DNA of 64,000 nt. Source: Stegostoma tigrinum (lineage: Eukaryota). Below, one piece after another: positions 14,234 to 26,894 of the stretch. Location of the stretch: positions 16,735,479 through 16,799,478 of the forward strand of contig NC_081393.1 of NCBI RefSeq assembly GCF_030684315.1. Direction: 5' to 3'. A model generated the notes under the pieces. It saw only the letters and a list, made by a program, of their open reading frames with translations. It was not told the DNA's origin and searched no databases. The position numbers were made by a program, and so were the translations under genes. The number at the start of each line of letters is the position of its first letter. Position 1 is the first letter of the stretch.

Positions 14234-14426
14234 AGAAGGACATGCTGAATGGGTGAAAAGAAGATGACAGAGAGGACATTTGTATAGACGATAGACATTG
14301 GCACAAAGTTGCAAGACAGAATGGTCAGTCCCTGAAATGAAATGCTGAATAATCCTGTTGAGAAGGAGATTAGTGACGCCACCCCCAACTTCAAAAGCCA
14401 TCACTTCGAAACTCCTATTGTTTCTA

Positions 14427-14573
<147 letters not shown>

Positions 14574-15636
14574 TCAAAACAAAAAGACAAACACAGCATT
14601 GTTATAACCACAGAACAGGGTTAGATAATAAAAAACAACCAAGATTAACTTGGATTTAAGTCTTTTTCAGAGAGGTTTAATTTCCTTGCTGCTGTACATC
14701 TCCCGCTCTGATAATCTGCAAATATGGAAAGGACAAAGGAGAGACTAGAACTAAGGGGTGTTGCTTACAAATTAGAGGTCTCCTGTTCCAGACAGAGGGG
14801 AAAACTCAGACAGCAGTAAAAGCAGGGTCACTGAATATTTTTAAGGCTGATTCAGAACTGATAGGGGAGTCAAAGATATTGGGAAGTCATTTACATTTAG
14901 TTTCTTTATTCTTCAATGGGATGTGGGTACTGCTGGAAAGGCCAGCATTTGTTGCCCATCTCCAGATGTCCTATACTGAAGTGGTTTACTTGGCTATTTC
15001 AGAGGGCTGAGTCAACCACATTGCTGTGCACCTGGAGCGGCTTTCCACTAATTTTCTTGCTGGCTGCTCAAGTCTCCAAGGCACGTGCACAGCATTGTCT
15101 TCTGGAATTGGGAGTCAATGCCGCATCGGAAGTCAATGCTGCATTTGGAATCTTTTCCACCGATCGCCGTGCATACAACACAAGCACAACTGGCAACTAG
15201 GAGGGGACACTATTCTGGAATCTCACTGGCCAGACCGGGTAAGTATGAAGAACGTCCTTCCCTAAAGGGCATTTAGTGATCCAGATGGGTTTTTAAGGCT
15301 ATCAACAATAAGTTTTTATACCTTCACCAACTCCAGTTTTATATACCAAAATAATTCACTGAATTCAAGTTCTGTCAGCCTCTGGATTACTAATTCAGTG
15401 ACATTACCACCACCTTCTCTTAGCTTGTTTTACTGAACGTTGAGGTCTACTGAAAGGGAATTAGAATTAGGCTGAATTTGAAAATAAAAGCGTGCGCATG
15501 ATTATGGAGAGGAGGAGGAAAAATGTTAATCAGTGAATTGCACAAACAGAATGGTGTCTTTCTGTCCTGTAACAGTTCTGTGTTGCTTTTGCACACCCTG
15601 ATTGAGAGTGGTAGGCCCTTTTGCTCTAAGCCTTCA

Positions 15637-15767
15637 NNNNNNNNNNNNNNNNNNNNNNNNNNNNNNNNNNNNNNNNNNNNNNNNNNNNNNNNNNNNNNNN
15701 NNNNNNNNNNNNNNNNNNNNNNNNNNNNNNNNNNNNNNNNNNNNNNNNNNNNNNNNNNNNNNNNNNN
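15637..15767. other. Assembly gap (131 N) in CNNM3 intron 1
   Basis: Run of N. Confidence 0.99.
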
Positions 15768-17568
15768 ATTTCAGGCAATCACTGCAAAGAAAGTTTGAAG
15801 TTAATATATCAACAACCCGTACTCAAGCTCCTAACAGGAGTCAGGGGATCCTGGCTAAATCGGTCAGGAGAGGCAGAATGGGACATAAAATCCTGGAAAA
15901 ATGAACTGGGCATTCTCAAATAAAACAGTAGGTTTCTCAAATTGACAATGGAAAGTGGGACCATAATTGTGCTTCTGCTCACAAATTCAAACAGGATACA
16001 TTGAGATGATCTAGAAAGCAAATGAGAGGCCCCTCTACATCTTAAAGTAGAAGTCATCAACAATATTTAGCCACACCAAGATCTGACATTGATACAAATG
16101 CTTTTAGATTGAGAAATGTTTTAGAAATTCCCTAACCAGTTCAAGCAACAGTTCATGACCTGAAGGCTGCCTGCTAACTCTTGCTCATGAATAGGAGTTA
16201 TTAAATATAAATCATCTCTCAAGATAATCACTATAAAACTACTTCAGCCCTACTGAACCTCTACAGTGGATCTTGTAGAATAGGTATCAGTAGTTGACCG
16301 TGTCCTTAGCTGGAATCTAGCCCCCTTGTGACAAAGCAGATAAGGCAATTTGTGTCAATGAGTGCTGACAAACAGCAAAGCGTTAACAACCGCCACCAAA
16401 CCTTTTGAGTTATCGAGCTTCATGGCTTCAGGTCAACCACTAGAATAGGCATCAGTGAGCCTATCAGGTGGAGGCCATTCAACCCACCGTGGTCTTTCAA
16501 AGGACTTCCTCCACGCTCCACCTGATATACATTTTAAAGTTACCAGTGAATCTGCCAACATCACCCTTTCAGGTCCTGCAAACTCTTGTGCTGCCTTTGG
16601 TTCTTTCGAAACTGAAATTTTGCACACTCTGGTTACTGACCCTCCAATTACTGGAAACATTTTCTCCCAGTTTTATTAAAAATCATTTACAATTTGGAAA
16701 AACATCAATCGACTCTCCTTTTCCCTGGTATGAGAATAACTGCAGCTCCTGTCCTTAAAGTGAATTTAAAAGGTGTAGAAGCAGAATAGTCCATTCAGCC
16801 CATCAAATCTGCTGCTATTCGATGAGATCGTGGTTGACCGAGTAATCAACTCCACTTTTCTGCCTTTTCCCCCATGTCTTTTGATTCCCTTAAATATTAC
16901 AAACATGTCTGTCTCAGAATTTAAATGCAAATAAAGCTAGTCTCAGTGTTTGCAACTCTGACAATTGTTGTCAATTCACGTAAAGATGGCAGATGGGTTT
17001 TTACCCGATCTGGCTTATATGACTCCGATCGACAGCAACGTGGTTGACTCTGAACAGGTCAGGCAAACAACTCAGTTCATGGGAAATCGGTGATGGTCAG
17101 CAAATACCCACATCGCATAAAAGAGAGAGAAAAGGTCTTTTCTTCCTTCAGTTATCCATCCAGAATATTCAACACAATATCTCTCACTGTGCCACTCTAA
17201 GACTATTTCTAAAACTGATGTTTTTGTTAAACACAACCGTGTCAACTTGCCTAACTGCAGTTCGAGAATCGTGTAGGTGATCCCACAACTGAACTACAGC
17301 ACTAGATTGTGAAATAGGACCAGAGTAGAAAGAACCTGGGAGAGAAACAAAATTGAAACATACAATAAAACACTCTGTGGTGCTTCTCTAGCAGGGCCCC
17401 TGGATTACAGTGGGGAAAAACATGGTGGTGTGTGAAGATCTCCAGGCAGATCTAAAAAGTTCAGGTCACCACGAGCACACCTTGTTCAAAAGCCCTTCAG
17501 AAAGCATGGGGCAAATTAATGTTTCCTTTTGGATGGTGGAACAGATTCCACCAGTGATAAACAATCAC

Positions 17569-18880
17569 CTTTCTTAAACTCTTCCAGGACAGCATCCAAC
17601 TTGGTGTCATTGAACACAAAATGCAGGGGGTGGTTGTAGAATTTGATGATGGTATTCAAAGGAGTGCAGTCCTCAGGGTCGACCATGGCCAAGTCTTTCA
17701 CGTAGACAATGTCCACAATGTTGGATATCTCCCCCTCATAGACTGGGATCCTGGTGTAGCCACACTGCATGATTTCAGACATGGTGTTGAAGTCCAGCAC
17801 AGCTTCAGCACTGAGCATGAAACAGTCCTTCAGGCTGGTCATGATGTCCTCCACGACTTTGGTCCTCAGTGTACCACGGCTGAACTCCTCCTTGACAAAT
17901 TCGCTGTAGGGGTCGGTGGAGCGCAACATGTCCAGGATCTTCTCACGGACGTAGCAGGTGCTGACGTCCTGGCGCAGGGCGCAGTCCAGTAGCAGGGCGA
18001 CGGGAAGGACCAGCGGCGATGCCAGCACCACCAGCAGGCGGGTCAGCCAGGTAGCATGGGAGGCCACGGTGAAGCCGTACCGCGAGCAGATGGCATAGGG
18101 CACCACTTCACCCAGGAGGAAGAGCAGGCCGGCACAGGCCAGCACGGCCGGCAGGACAGTGCCCACTGCATGGTGGAGCAGCACTGCCAGGCACGAGCTG
18201 GCGAGCACGTTGCCCAGCACCAGGGAGCAGAGCACCAGGTTCCCCCGCCGCCTCAGGGGCTCTAGCGACTCGGCTCGCCGCTTCTCCGCCTCGGTGCCGC
18301 AGTGGCGGATGATGTGCAGCTCCAGGGGCTCCAGCCACAGCACGCTGAGGCGCAGCAGGTTGAGAAGCGCCGAGGCGAGCAGCAGGACGGCCAGCGCCAG
18401 CACCTGGCCCCACACCGACAGCGGGGACGGCGGAGGCCGGATGTCCAACGGGGTCTCCCAGCCTCCAGGGGGCTGCCACAGGCCCCTCTCCCGGTGCACC
18501 AGGGCGCACAGGTAGTAACGCCTCCCCCGCAGGCCGGCCCGGACGCTCACCAACACCGAGCCGTCCGTCTGGTTATCCCCCAGGTCCAGCCAGGCCGTCT
18601 CCAGGCTGCCGCTGCCGCACTCGGGCTCGGGGCTGTAGGCCAACCAGGGCCAGCTCTCGGCCACCAGGCGCCGGCCGAACACCCTCAGCTGGAAACGGGC
18701 CCCAGCGCCGGCTTCGATAGCGCCACCCGCCATCCGCACCGGGCCTCCGCCTTCGCCACTACTGCCGCCGCCCTCCAGCCGGACCCCCCGCACCTCGACC
18801 TCGCCCCCGTCCGGCTGCCCGGACGCCAGGGCCCACAGGGCGGCCAGCGCCAAGCGCAGGCTCCCGTCGACCGCCGCCAT
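17569..18880 (-). CDS. CNNM3: CNNM3 coding exon 1 (signal peptide, extracellular domain, DUF21, CBS1 and part of CBS2)
   Basis: ATG at 18880 (aatATGGCG). The 454-aa ORF contains GEVVP, YTRIPVY and [22 protein letters not shown]. Donor AAAG|GTGAT at 17569/17568, phase 1. Confidence 0.95.
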
Positions 18881-19200
18881 ATTCGCGGGAAGGTGGGCAA
18901 ATGTGAGGGGGTGGGCTCATCTTGAGCCCGCCCCGTTTCCGTGGACAACCTAACTCGCTCGTTGACCCTGCCGACCAATCGCTGACCTCTGCCGCTGATT
19001 GAGACCCTCTCCGTCCAATTGCCGGCCGAACTCGCCCGATTGACGGCTTCAACCACTCCATCCTTGGCACGCTCCTGTTGTCCGACAGTCGCCCCATCCA
19101 ATCGAGACTCGAAGCAGCGACTGACCGGCATCCAACCCGGCCACTAATCGTGCTCTGCGCCCCACCCAACGTCCCACACTGGCCAATCATAATCAGAAGG
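18881..19200 (-). promoter_or_regulatory. CNNM3 CpG-island promoter with CCAAT boxes
   Basis: CpG-rich sequence continuous with exon 1. CCAAT at 18975, 19015, 19098 and 19183, plus ATTGA variants and a GC box (CCCGCCCC near 18927). Confidence 0.7.
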
Positions 19201-19464
19201 GGACAGGGAGACCACCTTTGCCCAAGGTTGGGTGAGTGTGCAGGGTAAACAACACCCAAAGCAGTGATTCTTAAAGGGGGAAAGTCACCAGGATCCTCAC
19301 CACAAATACGACACACCTCTCCCCCTAGTGAAAACAATAGCTGCATTACAGAAGGAATCTGCTTTTGTTTTATTTCAAGGTCCCACCCTCAAACATTTTC
19401 CAACTGAATACAGAAAGCTTGTGTCGAATTGGAAAAGGGATTTTACTTCGTTTGAAGTGACTGG

Positions 19465-20260
19465 GTTAGAGCAGCAGAATTAGTCCATTCAACCCAAGTC
19501 TGCTCTACCCTTGATCCCCTTAAAGGCAAACACATCTCTCGCTTAAATACACGCACTGACTTGACCTCTACAGCCGCGAGTTTCACAGATTCACCATGCC
19601 CTGGCTGGGGATTCTTCCTCATCTCAGTCCTAAACTGCCATCCCTTCATCAGAGGCTGTGCTCTCACGTACAATTCTCTCCTACTAATAAGAAACACCTT
19701 GTCCACTTTTATCCAGATCTCTCTGTATTCTGTTTCAATCAGATCCATCCACCATCCCTCTGAACGCCATCAAGTGCAGAGTCCTCCACTGCTCCTGAAC
19801 ATGACAAGCCCTCCATCCTCAGGATGAGTCTTGTAAACCTCCCGTGTCCCCTCAACTGGCGGCATATCCTTCCTTCAGTACAGGGCCCAAAACTGCTCAC
19901 ACTTTTCCAAGTGCAGTCTAACCACAGCCTTATAGAGCAGTACATCCCTAGCATTCTATTCTCACTCTCTCAGAGTGAGTGCTAACACTAATGCTGCATT
20001 AGCCTTCCTAACTGCCAACTAAACCTGTATGTTAACCTTACAGAACCCTGAATTAGCACTCCCAAGTCCCTTTATGCCTCAGTTTTCTGATGCCTTTCCC
20101 CATTTAGAAAATAGGGAGGAACAAGAGGTGTAACCTAAATGCATCACCTCTCACCTTCCCACATCATGGCAGATGGAACACATTTTTGCCTAGTCTCTTC
20201 ACCTGTCCAAGCCCTTCTGCAGCCTCCCTGCTTCCTCAAGACTACCTGGCCTTCCACCTA
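19465..20260 (-). mobile_element. Decayed CR1 3' fragment upstream of CNNM3
   Basis: Reverse-strand CR1 ORF2 C-terminal signature (cagtacagggcccaaaactgctcacac, ccttcctaactgccaactaaacctgtatg). Confidence 0.6.
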
Positions 20261-21845
20261 TCTTTTTTAAAAATAAAATCAAAAAGAACTGTGAATGCTG
20301 TAAATCAGGAACAAAAACAAAGTTGCTGGAAAAGCTCATCTGTGGAGGAGAAAATAGAGTTAACGTTTCAGGTCCAGTGACCCTTCCTCTGTTTTTCCCC
20401 TCCACAGGCAAAATCTGCCAAAACAAAGGGTACCCTGGATAGCACTGGGGTCTCCAGTAACTAACTTTAAGCCACATGGATTCTGGGCTGATGATTTTTA
20501 AAATTAGAAGTCTTTGAGATGGCCATCCATTCGAGAATGGGATAAAACCAATTGCAACACAGATACAGGCCATTTGGCCCATCTGTTCAATAGCCGTATT
20601 TATGCACCCTAACAGCCAGCTACAGAAGGCTGCAGAGTCCTATATTTAAGAAATAAATGAATTTCTAGTCAGTCAAGACATGTAATAGAGGGGGGGAAAG
20701 AGAAGGTAAAGGGTCGATCAAAATTTGGTACTGAACCAAGCAAAATAGTACTACAGGTCTTTAAGAAGGGTCACAAAAGAAGAAAGGATGTACAATGGCT
20801 GGAGTGATTCCAAGAGCCACCTCCTGTTTTTCCCCTTGATAAAAGGCAGAAATAGGAATGAGTGTAGGCCAATCAATCAGCCCATAGCAACTGCTCCATC
20901 ATTCGTCATGATCGACCTTTTACCTTCTCTCCCTGTACTATTACATGCCTTGAACGACTAGAAATTCATTTATTTCTTAAAAAATATAGGACTCCACAGC
21001 CTTCTGTAGGCAGAAATTTCCACAGGTTCACCACCCTGAATGAAGGCATTAGGACTGGGGCAAGGATTAAACAGCCTCCCTACATCCGGAGACCACGTTC
21101 TATTCATATTCTCCTCGCCACTTGCCTCTCAAGTACCAAGATATGTTTAGTGAAAAGCTAGTTTTGTTAATGATCTGTCTCCAAGCCAACATTGAGTACA
21201 GTGAGGCAAATCAGGAGGAGTTTTGTTACTATCGATTCCAGTTAATAGCTACCTATTAGTTATGGACAGACATACTATTCCTGTCTATCAAACTTCTTCA
21301 GAATTTTAAAGACCCTTTTGAGAGGCATGCCTTCTTTCTTCTACCTCTTGGCTACTGTTTCCTATAATACAAACTTGATTGCAATTCAGAACTACTCTAT
21401 TGGGTAGAACAAACCGGTGGATAGCTGGAGGGCTCAAGGTGCTATAGAGATGCAAGCTCTCATTTCCCATGAACTTGGTAGTATACAGCACAGATTTTCT
21501 TTATGAATGCTAGTTATTGGGGGAGGGTAAAGTGGCTTGAATTCAGTGTTGTAACAGGGCACTGTGAAACAAAATTTGGTGCTAAGCCACGCAGCACATT
21601 AGGACAGGTCTTTAAAGATGGTCAACAAGAGAAGAAAGAGGTGCGATGGCCAGAGGGATTTCCAGAGCCGAGGGCCTGGGAACGGCTGAAGGCACGGCTG
21701 CCAACATTGGCACAGGTTAAATGAGGAAAGCTGAAAACGGATAAAGGGAACACAGACGGAGTGCTAAATGAGGGAGATTTACTCCACAAAGACATTTGAA
21801 AATAAGAACGAGAACTTTAAAAATCAAGACATTGGTTGACGAGCA

Positions 21846-21873
21846 CAGGTCAGGTCAGGTCAGGTCAGGTCAG
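21846..21873. repeat. (CAGGT)5 microsatellite
   Basis: caggtcaggtcaggtcaggtcaggtcag. Confidence 0.85.
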
Positions 21874-24174
21874 TGAGCACTTTGTAGTGAATTTTGCCAG
21901 TCTTGCCATTTAGCAGGAACCTAACTCTACTCTCCAAACAACACTGGGTACAATTCTCAGATTTAAAAAGCTCTTTGAATCCCTTGCATTGGGCCATGTC
22001 CTTAGTAATAATCACTATTCATACTCAGTTTGGTTCTCTAAATACACATGCACCTTTTTGGAACAGGCTCTTTTGAAGTTACTTGCAAAGTTCAAGGTAA
22101 AGCTTAACTTGTAAGTCAAGATAAATGCAGACTTGGTGCTGAACCCTATGCTTCCCCCACTGTATAATCCCCTACCATGGTACTTGGAAAACAATGCATC
22201 ATGTTGCAGCAAATCCACAGGGAATCTGTAACCAGGGCTCCCTCACATCCAATCACATCAGAAACAGAGCACTCTACATTTGGCTCACAACTTGTGTTTC
22301 AACAGCTTAAGGACAGGCTCCAGCACACCTTCAGTCAGAAGGGAAACAGCAAGAAAGATCTAGTAACACATGAAAAGAAGAATTTATCTCCTTAGCCTCC
22401 TCCCTCCAGTTCTATTTAATTAACACAGAGGCAAAAAGCAAGCCTGAAATGTGCCTCAATCTGGAACGACAAGTAAGGCATTCTGAAGATTCCTAATTGA
22501 TAACTTATCCACCGTGCATCCCAGTTGGGCCAACATTTGTTACCCCTTGTTAATTTCCCTCAAACTCATGCTACTGGGCCATTTCAGAGAGCGGGTAAGA
22601 GTCAACCACATTGCTGCCAGATTGATTAAAGGTGACAGATTTCCACCCCTAAAATGGCACTGATGAACCAGATGGTGATTTCCAGAAATTGATGAGGGTG
22701 CCTCACTGAGACCAACTTTCAATTTCAGCTTTATTAATTGAAACTTATTGCCACCAGTTCAATAGGCAAACAATCTGAAGGTCTAATAACCTGGATCAAA
22801 CTCTATGGAGTACTGCCCATCCATCAGTAAGGGAACAGGGTTTCAAAACAACAGCCTCCATTATTAAAAATTTTTTTAAACAATTGAGACATTTAAAAAA
22901 ATAGAAAAACGAGATTAAAACTATTTCTTTAATACAGAAATATAGAATACGTTCCCTCAAAATCCAAAGAAATCGCATTACACATGGTGACCACATGCAC
23001 CACGACGATAAGGAAACTGGATTGACTCTCCTGCTTACAAAGAATATCCATTTAACAGGTCTTTTGACACATCTGTTTTTAAAGTAGTGAGAGGGAGGAG
23101 GAAATAAAACAAACCTGCTGGTCACTGATACAAAATTTAGTTTACATTGGCAAAAGTCAGCAATGAACCAGTCATGGAGAGAGACACGTTCGGCATTTAA
23201 TAACCTTATTTAAAACATCAGAAAGTGCACGACTCGAACAGGGAATTGGTTCGAAAACGCTCAGGAGACACACAGACATTAAAAGTTTTCAAGTGTTTGG
23301 TTCAAAAAGACATTAGACAGAATACTAATCCAAACAGGTCATGGGAAAAAAAAATCAAATATACAAACAACATCTTATTGCCAAATAAATATAGTCTACA
23401 GCGGAGTGTCACCCATCAGATTTCTTAATTCAAATGACCCCTGAACATGCAGAATTAGAGGAACATTACCCACAATCATGGAAGACGGCCTGGGAAGACT
23501 GCAGTATTTTGGAGCTATAATTATTGCTGGTATTCAGCACCAAGTGGTAAAATAATAAAACATTATTTAATCACACATCCCCTCCTGGACTTTCTTTTAA
23601 AAAAAATCTGCCTATTTCTGTAGAAGCTGTCAAGAGGCAGAGGATGCAAGCCCCGTCCTTGCTCCCCCATTTTCCCCCTCAACGCAAATGACTGTTTAAG
23701 ATTGATTCTTACTGCCAACCTCCAAAATACGTTTTCATATACAGATTTATATTTGAAAAGGATTGTAAAAAAGTACATTCTGAAAAATGGATTGCCATTT
23801 CAGTGTGTGCTTTATTTTAAAAGATTTAAATATCCTGCACTCCCCCAGGGAAGAACAAATTGTAAAGCTGTTTAATACCAACAGGATGTTAAACAATACA
23901 TGGAGGGAAACTCCTTGCAAAGACTGTTGACTCTACAAGAGAAGATAATAATGGAAATGACTATACAAGTGATCACACGCCATGAGGTCAACTCTATGTA
24001 GCTTTTTGGTGGAAATAATCTTTGTTATTGTGTCAGCCCTCTAAATCGCCTGTTTGACTACTCTGGGCACCTCAGATCTCAGTCCCATCCTCTCAGTTTG
24101 TACACAAGCCCTTCTCAGCAGGGCTGGCCTGACAGGCTCCAACTGTTGGACTCTCTGTACAGCAATTAGAGTTT

Positions 24175-24355
24175 GATTAAACAAATTGCTGCAGATTCAC
24201 AGGCGGTGCAGCAGCATCTGTGGAGAGAGAAAAATGAAGTTAACACTTCAAGTCTAGTGACCTTTCTTGTATTCCACAGAAGGGACACTGGGCATGAAAT
24301 GGTAACTCTGCTTCAGGTGCTGCCAGACCTGCTGAGTTTCTCAGCAATCTCCTCA
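24175..24355. mobile_element. Old palindromic Penelope-terminus remnant; related copies at about 7570-7660, 20280-20400, 25120-25230, 52190-52290, 58500-58620 and 61200-61330
   Basis: gcagcatctgtggagagag...ttaacacttcaagtctagtgacc, followed by its decayed inverse (gctgccagacctgctgagtttctcagcaat). No clear TSD. Confidence 0.55.
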
Positions 24356-26475
24356 GTTTGGGAGCAGGGTTGCAAAAGAGGCAGCGGATTTACAATCTGA
24401 GGCAAACTGGGAGTCTCCGAAGAAAAGCAATTTGAAAGTCAAGCCGGTCACCATTTTAAAAAAGGTAGAGGGACTTGTTTAATTCACAGGGAAGACTCTG
24501 GGCAAACCAACTTCTAAAGCAGACAGCACCTTGAACAGCATATTGCAAACGAACTGTATACAATAAAAAAGTCTCAAGAAAATGGGATCCATCAGAAAGG
24601 CTGCCCAGAGTGCAATTAGAAGGCAAGCGTCAATAATAAAATAATAAATAAACCAGAGTAAGATATCACATTACAAATTAATCAGAATAAACAGATAAGC
24701 TTTTCTGTTAGCCCCAGTCACGAATGATAGCACACAGGTGTGGCCTGGCAGTGTGGAGGTGACCCCCCAGTTTGTTCCTTCAGTCAATCTCAGAGATCTA
24801 GAAATAAATTGTTATTAAAAAAAGAATCAGCTGGTGCCAGCCAATGGAGTTGGTGCGGATTGTTACAACTTCTAGACTGTCCACTTGATAACCTCCCATC
24901 CCTGGCCCAGCAAGATTCACCGACGAGTGGATTTCCTTCACAATGTACGTTTGGAAGAATTACTTATCAGCAGCTCTGACCAACACACAAACAGGGACAT
25001 GCACTTTGGAAACTGATCTGAACCATGCTGCAAGGTTGGAGTAACTTAAAAACAAAACCCTCCCACAATAAAAAAAACAGGACAAGTTTGATCTGTGGAC
25101 CAGACAACACTTCCTTCAGTTGAAAACTGAGAACAAAAGGCTACGAGTTCAAATGAAGGTTTTGTATTCAAAGTGCTGACTTGTCTCTCCCTGCAGCAGA
25201 TGCATCTTGTTGACTCTCAGCACTTTCTGCTGGACTGGCCCAAAAAGGAATTTCTGGATATTGTATGATTTGTACAGCAGTGTACGTGCACAAGTGACCT
25301 GGCCTTGGGTGACAACACAAGGGCTTACGATTAATGTGATTGACAGCTATGTACCTGAAGCATAGTTATGCATGGCTGAGGATATCAGGAATGGATCCCC
25401 GCTCAGAATACACATTGTCAATACTTAAAACTGCGAATGTCCTAATTTACATAAACCCCAGTTCCAAGAATTGAATTGGATCAGACATTCAGTGAACACA
25501 AGACTCATCGCTCTAGAATATTTCATGCGTCCCAACTTCATGCCCCACTCTACAAGTCCCAATGGACGTGGCAATGAACTGAAACTTTCTCTAGTTTCTA
25601 GATAACAATACTTTCAACTATTGAGATGCCGTTTGCTCAGCTATGCCACTTTAGATCAAAGTAGATCAGGGTCACAAAAGACCCGATCACAGGACAAAAG
25701 TCCGCAGAGAACCTGAACTAACGCAGCTTCTTTTGGCAATTCTCCATCTTCTGGTTAAACGCTGACAGACAAGCAGAGAACTAACAAGAGATCAGTGTCA
25801 ACTGAGGGCTACGTTCACCAGGTCCCACCTACCGGCTATTCAGGGTTTAACCACACTAAAGGAAAGACATTGGCAGATCTGAAACACGGAATCACTTCAG
25901 GACAAAATTAAACTGGTTAAAAATAACCACTTCCCAAACACTGCTACTGGCCCCCAAATAGTAGAGCTGCTACGGGTCGTTACAGCCCATCATGTAAAGT
26001 GAAGTGACTTATCTGTGCATTGTAATAGCAGCAAAAATTTCTTCTGCCACCTATCAATGGTCAAAATGTACAAAGGAACGAAGGCTGAAGGTTAGTTTGG
26101 GACTGAGGTGGGGAAACACCACAGTCTGGAGAAGGAGGCGCTGGGGAGTGAGTATTTAGTGTACACCAACCCAGGGTGACAGCTGCAACGCTACCCAGCA
26201 ACGCACAGCCAAAACCCATTTGAAGCTGTCCAAGATAGTTGGCAACCAGCCAAAGACGTGTGGTCCTGCCTTTATTCGACATTGGAAGGTTCACTTGCCA
26301 GGACGAGAAGAGACGGCTGTTGAAGATTCCACCCTGGGGTTGGGGGGTGTTATCAGCAGTCTCATCTTTTTGTCCTCATGCTGACTCCGGCTTGCATGGC
26401 TGTAGCAAATCAGTCGTTCACTAGACAGGCCCGAGTTGTCTTGTGTCGTATTGTTCCTCTTTCATCCCCATGTGT

Positions 26476-26477
<2 letters not shown>

Positions 26478-26509
<32 letters not shown>
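26478..26509. repeat. (CA)n microsatellite in the proximal CNNM4 3' UTR
   Basis: About 16 AC dinucleotides, roughly 90 nt after the stop codon. Confidence 0.9.
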
Positions 26510-26511
<2 letters not shown>

Positions 26512-26599
26512 TAAAAAGATTGCACTGTGATTGTTTGCAGGAACTGTTTTAAATGCCCCAAGAGCAGAGTCTTGACCCTCCAGGCATCTTGGCATAGGG

Positions 26600-26797
26600 T
26601 CATATACTGTTTTCCAAAGTGTGGTTCAAATTACGGTTCAAAGAGTTCTGCTCGTTCAGAAGGTCCGTGGTTTCGTCTGCTATAGTCTCAGGTTTCTCCA
26701 GTTTGATGTCGACTTTTGTGTGGGGATTGTCCGGGGACTGTGGAGTGCTGTCGATCTTTGACGCCAGTAACCCATTCTGGTACTGCTGCCGTGTCAC
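26600..26797 (-). CDS. CNNM4: CNNM4 terminal coding exon 7
   Basis: Acceptor gatcag|GTG. VTRQQYQNGLLASKIDSTPQSPDNPHTKVDIKLEKPETIADETTDLLNEQNSLNRNLNHTLENSI*, with TGA at 26602-26600. Confidence 0.92.
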   Translation of the reverse strand: MTRQQYQNGLLASKIDSTPQSPDNPHTKVDIKLEKPETIADETTDLLNEQNSLNRNLNHTLENSI

Positions 26798-26894
26798 CTG
26801 ATCATTTCAACAAAGAATGAATTAACTTCTGCCATTCACACAATAACTAAATTGGCAGAGCACAAATAATCATGCCAGAGTGTTGGCATGAGGC

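Noticed and set aside
17516-17568. ORF read-through past the exon-1 donors (also 46732-46763 and 59031-59089)
   Set aside because: Homology stops at consensus GT donors and resumes in the next exons, so these stretches are intronic.
17621-19346. Several 120-207 aa antisense or alternative-frame ORFs over CNNM3 exon 1 (likewise at 46964-48067 for CNNM4)
   Set aside because: Shadow ORFs caused by stop-poor, GC-rich coding sequence.
22720-23215. Candidate CNNM4 poly(A) signals (AATAAA near 22735, ATTAAA near 23200 on the minus strand)
   Set aside because: There are several equally plausible hexamers in AT-rich sequence, one inside a SINE, so none can be chosen without transcript data.
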